Positions 7,398 through 14,499 are shown, numbered from the stretch's first letter. The stretch is DNA of 32,000 bases from a virus (IMGVR_UViG_3300025141_000053:1-32000); one strand, 5' to 3'. Made by a program: numbers and translations. Notes: generated by a model from the sequence alone, not told the origin.

Positions 7398-7420
7398 GAG
7401 GAGAAATTCTCTCCTTTTTT
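7398..7420 (+). terminator. Rho-independent terminator
   Basis: GGAGA-aattc-TCTCC stem (7400-7414) followed by TTTTTT. It abuts the tRNA-like gene. Confidence 0.65.
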
Positions 7421-7494
7421 GTGCCCATAACTCAATGGTAGAGTACTGGCCTTAAGCAAGCGAGAGGTTGCCGGTTCGAATCCGGTTGGGCATT
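7421..7494 (+). tRNA. tRNA-like gene (74 nt, no encoded CCA); nominal anticodon UAA (Leu) but the anticodon stem does not pair
   Basis: 7-bp acceptor stem GTGCCCA/TGGGCAT (G1-U72 wobble). D arm ACTC-aatggta-GAGT. T arm GCCGG-TTCGAAT-CCGGT with a consensus GGTTCGAATCC. Under standard numbering the loop is CTTAAGC (U33, G37, anticodon UAA), but the flanking CTGGC/AAGCG cannot form a stem. Confidence 0.6.
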
Positions 7495-7511
7495 TTAAGG
7501 AGGTACATATA

Positions 7512-7733
7512 ATGAGTGATTATGAATTAGAGATATTATATGAAATATGGAATAATAAGGATGGCATGCACATGGAAATAGGGCCTGATCGTGATGGATT
7601 AGATTTAATAGAAATTCGTCAGTTTGATGATAATGAGCCCAACAGTAAGGTGATCAGAAGAATATCTTTTTCACATGAAGAAGCAGAGTTACTTATCACG
7701 GCTCTTCAAAAATTAGTTAAGGAGATTAAGTGA
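7512..7733 (+). CDS. Small hypothetical protein
   Basis: 73-aa ORF. Strong SD TAAGGAGGT 7 nt upstream of the ATG. Confidence 0.6.
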   Translation: MSDYELEILYEIWNNKDGMHMEIGPDRDGLDLIEIRQFDDNEPNSKVIRRISFSHEEAELLITALQKLVKEIK

Positions 7734-8026
7734 ATTTACAAAATGCTCAACAGAGGTTGATAGCTGGAGAAACGATAAAGATAAAAACTTCTGGTAATTC
7801 AATGTCGGGCAAAATAGATAATGGTAGTTTTGTAACAATCGAACCTATAGAAGATAGAGTTTTAAAAAAGAAGGATGTTGTATTATCAAAAGTTAATGGA
7901 AGATTATATTTACATCTTATTACTGGTGTAAGAGAAAACTCTTATCAAATTAGCAACAATCATGGGTATGTAAATGGTTGGGCTTTAAAGAAAAACGTAT
8001 TTGGCATAGTCACAAAAATTAATTGA
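7730..8026 (+). CDS. S24 (LexA/UmuD-like) peptidase-fold protein, possibly non-canonical
   Basis: GTG start overlaps the previous stop. SGNSMSGKIDNGSFVTIEP resembles the G(D/N)SM nucleophile motif. The position of the LexA general-base Lys (VKRL) reads LHLI here. Confidence 0.5.
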   Translation: MNLQNAQQRLIAGETIKIKTSGNSMSGKIDNGSFVTIEPIEDRVLKKKDVVLSKVNGRLYLHLITGVRENSYQISNNHGYVNGWALKKNVFGIVTKIN

Positions 8027-8035
8027 GGAGATAGT

Positions 8036-8230
8036 ATGATAACATTATTAATCTTTTTATCTATATTTTATTTAATAATTGGTTTTAGCATTATGATACA
8101 TTTAGAATCCAAGGCCGAAGATTATGGCAGAAATGCTTTTGAGATTATAAGTCTCAATGATCTTGTATCATATATTATAATTTGGCCAATAATTATATAT
8201 GCTCTATATAATAATAGGAGAAAAAAATGA
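8036..8230 (+). CDS. Small membrane protein (two hydrophobic helices)
   Basis: 64-aa ORF. Hydrophobic segments MITLLIFLSIFYLIIGFSIMI and LVSYIIIWPIIIYALY. SD GGAGA upstream. Confidence 0.55.
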   Translation: MITLLIFLSIFYLIIGFSIMIHLESKAEDYGRNAFEIISLNDLVSYIIIWPIIIYALYNNRRKK

Positions 8231-8595
8231 AAATAAGAAATAGTTTTGTAAGCAATAGTAGTAGCAGCTCATTTGTCTGTATTTGTCCTAGAGACGTTGA
8301 CTTAAGTAATCTTACAGACATTGAGAGAGAAATCTTTGATATTTGTTTTGAGCATAAAACTATTTTAGGAGTCGATGGCCTTGTTGCTTCAGAATATATA
8401 AGTTCAGAAGAATTTCAAGAAAATGACATTTTTCAAGATTATTGCGCCAACCATGATATTGATTTATATGATAGAGAAAAATATAAAGATATAGATATTG
8501 GAATGTTAGAAGAAGATATTTATGTTGCCATATCTACTTTAATGGATAAGATAAGAAAAAAAGATAACACATATTATGACGATAGGAGTATGTAA
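8227..8595 (+). CDS. Hypothetical protein, MKIRNSFVSNSSSSS-family paralog 1
   Basis: 122-aa ORF. ATG 6 nt after ATAGGAG. The first 15 residues are identical to those of the next gene. Confidence 0.65.
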   Translation: MKIRNSFVSNSSSSSFVCICPRDVDLSNLTDIEREIFDICFEHKTILGVDGLVASEYISSEEFQENDIFQDYCANHDIDLYDREKYKDIDIGMLEEDIYVAISTLMDKIRKKDNTYYDDRSM

Positions 8596-9074
8596 TGAAG
8601 ATAAGAAATAGTTTTGTTTCAAACTCAAGTTCTTCAAGTTATATTATTAAAGTAAATGCGCCAGTAACTTGTGAACATTGTGGTAGAAGTGATCCAGATA
8701 TTATTGAAATAGTTAAAAGGGGCGACACTTATGGAGATACTCGTATAGAATATGAAAATAAAGAACAAATTCTTGGAGATATAAGACATAATATAAAAAT
8801 GGAAGAAAAAGATGTTGCCAAATATAGTGAATGTGATCCCAATGATGTTCATCCAGATGACAAAAAGCGACTAATAACTACACCGGCAAAAGATCGTTTA
8901 GAATGGGTATATAGAAATTTAAAAAGAGAAAGATATAGGTATGATCTAATTAATTCTGTTGAAGGCAACATTATTGGGATAGCAGTAGGATATCATGATT
9001 GTGGCACAAAAGAGTTGTTCAATGATGCTAAAAGAAGTGGTGTTATTGAAATTATTGAAAGTGAATGGGAATAA
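8595..9074 (+). CDS. Hypothetical protein, MKIRNSFVSNSSSSS-family paralog 2
   Basis: 159-aa ORF. ATG 6 nt after ATAGGAG. N-terminal 15-mer shared with paralog 1. Contains a CEHCG motif. Confidence 0.65.
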   Translation: MKIRNSFVSNSSSSSYIIKVNAPVTCEHCGRSDPDIIEIVKRGDTYGDTRIEYENKEQILGDIRHNIKMEEKDVAKYSECDPNDVHPDDKKRLITTPAKDRLEWVYRNLKRERYRYDLINSVEGNIIGIAVGYHDCGTKELFNDAKRSGVIEIIESEWE

Positions 9075-9318
9075 AAAACTTCTAAAAAGTTCTTAGATAA
9101 TTAAGAAGCGTCCATCAATTTATGGGGTTGGACTGTCATCTCTTAATTACGATTTATAAATCTCTCCCATAAGGAGGAGACTTGTTCTACGAAACAAATA
9201 ACAATTTTTTATTAAAAATTTATGTTTTAAATGGGATGATGATCTTGACAGAGGTTTTCAGATTTAGGAGAAGTGGGTCTAAAATTATATAACGCGATAT
9301 TCCTATCGGAGGAGAAAA

Positions 9319-10386
9319 ATGAAATTTGTTGATTTATTTGCTGGGATTGGTGGATTCCATGAGGCTATTAAAAATATTATTCCAGAAGCAGAATGTGTAT
9401 TTGCTTCTGAAAATGATAAAATGGCCGCTAAAACATATGAGAAAAATTTTAATATTGATCCAACCAATGATATTACGCAACAAGATATTTCAAAGATTCC
9501 AGATCATAATCTTGTAATGGCAGGTTTTCCTTGTCAGCCATTTAGTAAAAATGGTAAATATTATAACACAAATAGAAGAACTGTTGGCAAAGATGAGACG
9601 AGAGATCAGTTGTATACTTATCTTATTAAACTTTTAAAAGTAAAGCAACCTGAAATGTTTTTATTTGAGAATGTAAAAGGTCTTGCGAAAATGAAAACAC
9701 AAGATGGTGAATTCTATTTTGATATAATAGTTTCAGATTTAAAAAATGCTGGATATAACGTTTATACAAGAATTTTAGATTCTGCGGATTATGGATTGCC
9801 ACAGCAGCGAAAAAGAATATATTTTGTTGGTTTTAGAAAAGATATAAAATTATCAGAAGAATTTAATTTTCCATCAGTTATAGGTAGGAAGTCTGCGGTT
9901 CAGGATATTTTGGAGTCAAATGTTAATGATAAATATTTGCTTGAAAATTTATGGAAAAATAGAAAAAATGTTAAACTTCCAGGTATGAGGTTGGAGGCTC
10001 TAGCAAAAGAATTTGCTACTAGGAACGATCATCCAACAATGGTAACAAGAAGGATAACACCATTAGCTATTGTAAAGGGCGATACTCCTTCTGGAGCACC
10101 AAGACAACAAGATAAACTATATTCAAAATTAGGAATTTCACCAACAATAGCAACATTTTCCACTCCATCTTTTGATTCTAATCAGGGATGGAGGACATTA
10201 ACTCCTAGAGAATGTGCTAGATTACAAGGATTTCCTAATTCATTCATTTTGCCCAAATTAGATTCGGTGGCCTATAAACAAATAGGTAATGCTGTGTCTG
10301 TTACTGTGGCTGCTTTAATTTTAAAAAACATGATTGCTGCTTATATAGCAAGAAAAATAACTATTAATAATTTAATATTTCCATAA
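9319..10386 (+). CDS. dcm: DNA (cytosine-5)-methyltransferase, apparently orphan
   Basis: Canonical C5-MTase motifs are present: I (DLFAGIGG), IV (GFPCQPFS), VI (ENVKGL), VIII (QQRKRIYFVG) and X (GNAVSV). SD GGAGGAG upstream. Confidence 0.9.
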   Translation: MKFVDLFAGIGGFHEAIKNIIPEAECVFASENDKMAAKTYEKNFNIDPTNDITQQDISKIPDHNLVMAGFPCQPFSKNGKYYNTNRRTVGKDETRDQLYTYLIKLLKVKQPEMFLFENVKGLAKMKTQDGEFYFDIIVSDLKNAGYNVYTRILDSADYGLPQQRKRIYFVGFRKDIKLSEEFNFPSVIGRKSAVQDILESNVNDKYLLENLWKNRKNVKLPGMRLEALAKEFATRNDHPTMVTRRITPLAIVKGDTPSGAPRQQDKLYSKLGISPTIATFSTPSFDSNQGWRTLTPRECARLQGFPNSFILPKLDSVAYKQIGNAVSVTVAALILKNMIAAYIARKITINNLIFP

Positions 10387-10401
10387 AGTTTGGAGATTTT
10401 T

Positions 10402-12573
10402 ATGGAAATAATTAATAGACTCAGGAAAATTGCAAATGCTCTTGATAAAGCTGGAAGCATCACTCAGGCAGATTTTATAGATAAAAATATGATAGTTTTG
10501 GCTATGTTGGCGAGGAATAAGATGAAAAAGATAACTAAGAAAGCTGGGATAGCAGAAGATGAAGTTCAGAGATTATTTCTTTCGCTTTTGTCAGGAACTA
10601 AGTTTGCTAATAAAGTACATTCAGTTGGTGGATTTGAGAGAGATAGGGCAATGGGAATACCCAGTAAAGACCTTGATATTGTTATAGATAGTCCAAAAGG
10701 CGGCGGAGCTAAAGAATTCGCTTGGTTTTTACATAATACATTTTCGGAACAAACTGTAAAACCTTGGCCTCAAGGTGGAAAAGAAGATGATACAAAAGAA
10801 AAGAAAACATACCCTATTTTTGGTATAAGTTTTACGGAAGATGTCGAGTATGATGGAAAAAAATATAAAACTACGGGTGCTGAATTAGATATTGCTGATT
10901 CTCAAAAAGAAGTATTTAAAGATTATAGTTCTCGCCAAAGAGAAACTTTTCCTGCCACAATAGAAGAAGATAATCATCGTAGAGATTTTACTGTTAATAT
11001 GCTCATGCGAGATCTTACAAATGGTGAGTTGATAGATTTAACTGGTCATAGTTTGAAAGATATTGAAGAAGGAGTTCTTAGACATAAAGATTGGGTAAGT
11101 ATGGAAGAATCTTTTGATCAAGACCCTCTTAGAATTATGCGTCTAATACGATTTAAAGTAAAATATGATTGGCATGTCCCTTATGATGTCTTAAGTGCAG
11201 CGTCAAAATATAGTCAAAGATTAAAAATTGTCTCATGGGAGAGAATAACTGGTGAATTAAAGAAAATCGCAGAAGTTGGTAAGTTATACGAAGCAATTCC
11301 ATTTATGAGGGAGATTGGCGTTTTATCATATGTTTTACCTGAAGTTCATGCCATGATTGGTTTAATTCAGAAACATAAGGGTAAGGAAATTGATATATAT
11401 CAACATACCTTAATGGTCTTAAGTAAGGCTCCACCGACAATTGAAGGTCAATTTTCAGCATTATTACATGATATTGGGAAAATTACAACATCAAAAACTC
11501 CGAAAGAGGTTGATAAAACGCAATCTCCTAGCCATCCAAAAGTTGGAGAAGAGATTACTAGAGCAATTATGGATAGATTAAAATTTGATAAAGAAACTTC
11601 AAATACTGTCTCAAAACTTGTTGGATTACATATGCGTCCAAGGAAATTACAAGAGGCAAGTGTTAAAGAACTAAGACAATTTGTTCGTGAAATAGGAAAA
11701 GACATGATTGAATCTTTATTGGATTTGGCAAAAGCAGATGCTTTGGGCAGATTACCTCCAAAAGAAAATTATATTCCAAAACTTCGTAAAAAACTTGAAG
11801 AAGCGATGGAAATTCCAATTGAAGACAAATCAATACTTAATGGAAATGAAATTCAGGAAATTCTTAATATAAAACCTGGACCTATAATTAGTAAAGTGAT
11901 GTCATTTCTTAAAAACCTTTCTGATGAAAAAGCTGAAGAAGGCATTGTGCTTAATAAAGAAGAGGCAGAACAGGCAGTTTTAAAAGAATTTGGTAAAGAA
12001 CAAGAGGCAAGTGATTCTCGTGGTATCCTATCTGGCCCAGTTGGATCTACTGGTGCATATTTTGTTCATTATACTGGTGAGGCAAATTTATTTTATGGTC
12101 CATTTGAAAATTGGAATCAGGCCAAAAATGCTGGTTTCTTATGTATGCCACAAATAGATCTTATAGATAATATAATAGTAACAGATTGGGATAAAGAAAT
12201 TATAGATTATATTAAAGATAATGATGAGGAAGAAAGAGCAAGAGATGAAGGTGAAAATCCTAGATTTTTCAAGAGTCCTTATGAGTCACAGTGGAAAGAT
12301 AATCCGTTAGTACAAAAATATTCATTACAATGGTCTGATATAGAAAAAATATTGTTAGATAATCGTAGAACTGATGAATATATTCTCAATGATGTTACAG
12401 ATTATAAAACACAGGATTCTGATGATGCCGAATTTAACGATTTCATATCTGAATTAGAACAAGGTAAGTTTCAATTTGTAAATACATATTCAGACAATTC
12501 ACGCAAAGAAAGTCCATATAATAGTGGTGGCAGAGGCCCAATGCTTCTTAATGAGGTGCCTGGACCGCAATAA
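10402..12573 (+). CDS. cca: tRNA nucleotidyltransferase (CCA-adding enzyme/poly(A) polymerase family) with HD domain and a long C-terminal extension
   Basis: GGFERDRAMGIPSKDLDIV matches the GGxVRD...DxD motif. RRDFTVNML, DPLRIMRLIRF and the HD motif (LLHDIGK) are also present. ATG at 10402 (GGAG 6 nt upstream) is preferred over the track TTG at 10390. Roughly the last 190 aa have no recognised homology. Confidence 0.85.
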   Translation: MEIINRLRKIANALDKAGSITQADFIDKNMIVLAMLARNKMKKITKKAGIAEDEVQRLFLSLLSGTKFANKVHSVGGFERDRAMGIPSKDLDIVIDSPKGGGAKEFAWFLHNTFSEQTVKPWPQGGKEDDTKEKKTYPIFGISFTEDVEYDGKKYKTTGAELDIADSQKEVFKDYSSRQRETFPATIEEDNHRRDFTVNMLMRDLTNGELIDLTGHSLKDIEEGVLRHKDWVSMEESFDQDPLRIMRLIRFKVKYDWHVPYDVLSAASKYSQRLKIVSWERITGELKKIAEVGKLYEAIPFMREIGVLSYVLPEVHAMIGLIQKHKGKEIDIYQHTLMVLSKAPPTIEGQFSALLHDIGKITTSKTPKEVDKTQSPSHPKVGEEITRAIMDRLKFDKETSNTVSKLVGLHMRPRKLQEASVKELRQFVREIGKDMIESLLDLAKADALGRLPPKENYIPKLRKKLEEAMEIPIEDKSILNGNEIQEILNIKPGPIISKVMSFLKNLSDEKAEEGIVLNKEEAEQAVLKEFGKEQEASDSRGILSGPVGSTGAYFVHYTGEANLFYGPFENWNQAKNAGFLCMPQIDLIDNIIVTDWDKEIIDYIKDNDEEERARDEGENPRFFKSPYESQWKDNPLVQKYSLQWSDIEKILLDNRRTDEYILNDVTDYKTQDSDDAEFNDFISELEQGKFQFVNTYSDNSRKESPYNSGGRGPMLLNEVPGPQ

Positions 12574-12583
12574 AGGAAGAAAT

Positions 12584-12778
12584 ATGAAAGTTAAACAATT
12601 AATAGCACACTTAAAAGAATATCCAGAAGATGCAGTAATTTATGTTGAAGCAGATCATGGTCAAAATCCAGAGCCTGCTCATAATATAGTGCCTTCTAGT
12701 TCCGAACCCATATATAATGGTGAAGAAATGAATTGGGAAAAGCTAGAAGGTAAAATCACAGCCGTTTGTATAGGATAA
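12584..12778 (+). CDS. Small hypothetical protein
   Basis: ATG at 12584 after AAGGAAG. The track extension back to 12524 overlaps the cca gene and lacks an SD. Confidence 0.5.
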   Translation: MKVKQLIAHLKEYPEDAVIYVEADHGQNPEPAHNIVPSSSEPIYNGEEMNWEKLEGKITAVCIG

Positions 12779-12783
12779 AAAAA

Positions 12784-13106
12784 ATGAAAGAATGTGAAAA
12801 AATACTTAAAAATTTAGAACAAGTATCAAGTTGGTTAGATGGAAAGATTACAAGTTTTCCCCCAACACCAGAAAATTTTAAAGCATTAGCGGAAATTGTC
12901 CTGGCAATATAGAAGATTATCATATAGATCATATTATTCCCTTGTGTGCTTTTGATTTAGAAAATATAGTTGAAATAAAAGCAGCGATGGCCCCAGAAAA
13001 TCACCAATGGCTTCTCGCAAATAAGAATTTAAGTAAAAATGGAAATTATGATATGAGTGAGTATAAACAATATATTAAACAATTCAAGGAGAAGCATAAT
13101 GAGTAA
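12784..13106 (+). pseudogene. HNH endonuclease split by a frameshift
   Basis: A 42-codon ORF (12784..12912) is followed, in another frame (open 12882..13106), by NCPGNIEDYHIDHIIPLCAFDLENIVEIKAAMAPENHQWLLANKNLSKNG. This is a typical DH..P...N.Q.L...N..K HNH core. That frame has no usable start codon. Confidence 0.6.
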
Positions 13107-13839
13107 TTTGGTAATGGGCGTAGATGAATGCGGGTGCGCGGCGCTGGCCGGAAGCGTGACAGCAGCGGCAGTAATTGTTGAGAAAAAACAAAAGAAAATT
13201 GCTGGTGTTAATGATTCTAAACAACTTAATAAATCTAGAAGAGAAACTTTATTTCCAGAAATAAAAGATAGAGTCATCGCTTATGCTGTTGGATCAGCAG
13301 ATATTTCTGAAATAAAGAAACTTAATATATATTGGTCTAAATTGTTAGCCATGAAGCGAGCCGTAGACCAGATAGTTGAACAAGGCTTTACTCCAAATAA
13401 GATTTTAGTTGATGGAAATAAAACAATTCCTGATATAGATTATGACCAAGAAGCTATTATTAAGGGCGATCAAAAAATTTGGTGGATTGGGGCAGCTTCT
13501 ATTATTGGCAAAGTAACTAGAGATAGTTTGATGGCTGATTTAGCTAAAGAAAAACAATACAGTCATTATGATTGGGAAAATAATGCTGGATATTTTACGA
13601 TTCCTCATATGAAGGGAATAATAAAAAATGGCTTTTCCGATCTTCACAGAAAAGAATTTGTTTATTCAAAATTTTGTATTTCCTTACATAAAGAGTTTTC
13701 TAATTCAGATTTAGCATCTGTAGATGATTGGTTGGAATCGGCTTATGGCGATAAAATTGATTTAGATGATGATTGGGCTCTTTATAAATATTGGAAAATT
13801 AAGAAAGAGATGAAATTAAAACAATTAGGATGGGATTAA
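13099..13839 (+). CDS. rnhB: Ribonuclease HII
   Basis: GVDECGCAALAGSVTAAAV matches the G.DEAGRG.LAGPV motif, and NDSKQL matches the DSK motif. ATG at 13099 lies 7 nt after AAGGAG and is preferred over the track GTG at 13057. Confidence 0.8.
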   Translation: MSNLVMGVDECGCAALAGSVTAAAVIVEKKQKKIAGVNDSKQLNKSRRETLFPEIKDRVIAYAVGSADISEIKKLNIYWSKLLAMKRAVDQIVEQGFTPNKILVDGNKTIPDIDYDQEAIIKGDQKIWWIGAASIIGKVTRDSLMADLAKEKQYSHYDWENNAGYFTIPHMKGIIKNGFSDLHRKEFVYSKFCISLHKEFSNSDLASVDDWLESAYGDKIDLDDDWALYKYWKIKKEMKLKQLGWD

Positions 13840-13842
13840 TTT

Positions 13843-13998
13843 ATGGCAAAATTGACAAAAGATATTTTTAAAAAATTAACAAAAGAGCAACTAAAAGAGT
13901 TGGGAAATAGTATGGCAATGCCTGTGAGAGGAGGCGCTCCACAGCCTGATGCCCCAGGCGACCTTATTGATTCTAATCCTGTTTTTTTGCGAAGATGA
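13843..13998 (+). CDS. Small ORF, possible N-terminal half of a gene split at a T7 run
   Basis: ATG at 13843. The translation is MAKLTKDIFKKLTKEQLKELGNSMAMPVRGGAPQPDAPGDLIDSNPVFLRR*. It ends just after TTTTTTT (13982-13988). Confidence 0.4.
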   Translation: MAKLTKDIFKKLTKEQLKELGNSMAMPVRGGAPQPDAPGDLIDSNPVFLRR

Positions 13999-14101
13999 TA
14001 GGTGGTATTTTTGGGATGAAGTTTGGATGGAAAAATATGGTCCATTTGACACCAAAGAAGAAGCCGAGTGCGCTTGTGTCAAATATGCGGAGACATTATG
14101 A
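13949..14101 (+). CDS. Small ORF with W-Y-F-W-D-E ... GPFDTKEEA motif, possible C-terminal half of the same gene
   Basis: This frame is open from 13928. ATG at 13949 gives MPQATLLILILFFCEDDRWYFWDEVWMEKYGPFDTKEEAECACVKYAETL*. The stop overlaps the next start (ATGA). Confidence 0.45.
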   Translation: MPQATLLILILFFCEDDRWYFWDEVWMEKYGPFDTKEEAECACVKYAETL

Positions 14102-14499
14102 ACGAAAAAGAAGTAAGATTAAGCATACAAGAATTAATAGATGAATTGTTAAAATATCCCGAAAGTGATAGGGAAGCAATTATGTCAGAGGTTTTAGGAC
14201 CGGTAGAGTGTGTGCCAATTTATGCTGCTGTAATTCCAGATGTTGCTGTAGCATATGGTGTTCCGTATTCAACAATGGGAACAGAGCCGAACACTCCTGC
14301 TCCAATTGATGTTATATCTAATATGGAATATCTTAATAGGTTAAAAATGGAATCTGATTATAAAGATATAAGAATGATGATATATAGATTAAAGTCAGGA
14401 CTTACTAAAATTGGAGAAAAATTTAGATATAGATTATTAGGAGAGATAATGAAGATTATAGGAAAAATATATGGTTATGTTAATGATAAAACAAGATAA
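14098..14499 (+). CDS. Hypothetical protein
   Basis: ATG at 14098 after GCGGAG, coupled to the upstream stop. The track GTG at 14068 is rejected. Confidence 0.6.
   Translation: MNEKEVRLSIQELIDELLKYPESDREAIMSEVLGPVECVPIYAAVIPDVAVAYGVPYSTMGTEPNTPAPIDVISNMEYLNRLKMESDYKDIRMMIYRLKSGLTKIGEKFRYRLLGEIMKIIGKIYGYVNDKTR

Noticed and set aside
7421-7494. The tRNA-like sequence considered as a phage attachment site (attP) or integration-module remnant.
   Set aside because: No integrase or recombinase gene occurs in the window. Both halves of the tRNA, including the 5' acceptor strand and the D arm, are present, rather than only a 3' tRNA fragment.
9245-9250. Consensus TTGACA in the MTase upstream region.
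   Set aside because: There is no -10-like hexamer 16-19 nt downstream (GAGAAG at the expected position). A weaker TTCAGA/TAAAAT pair nearby is noted in the findings instead.
9326-9517. Same-strand alternative-frame ORFs inside annotated genes (9326..9517 within the MTase, 23739..23930 within the primase zinc-finger gene).
   Set aside because: They overlap frames that carry unambiguous conserved motifs. They have no SD or motifs of their own.
10390-10401. 5' extensions proposed by the ORF track: TTG 10390 for cca, 12524 for the small ORF, GTG 13057 for rnhB, GTG 14068, GTG 15192 on the minus strand, and TTG 19041 for the gyrB-like gene.
   Set aside because: In each case an internal start (ATG, or TTG for gyrB) has a properly spaced GGAG-type SD (10402, 12584, 13099, 14098, 15183, 19053). 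The extension overlaps the upstream gene or the SD itself.
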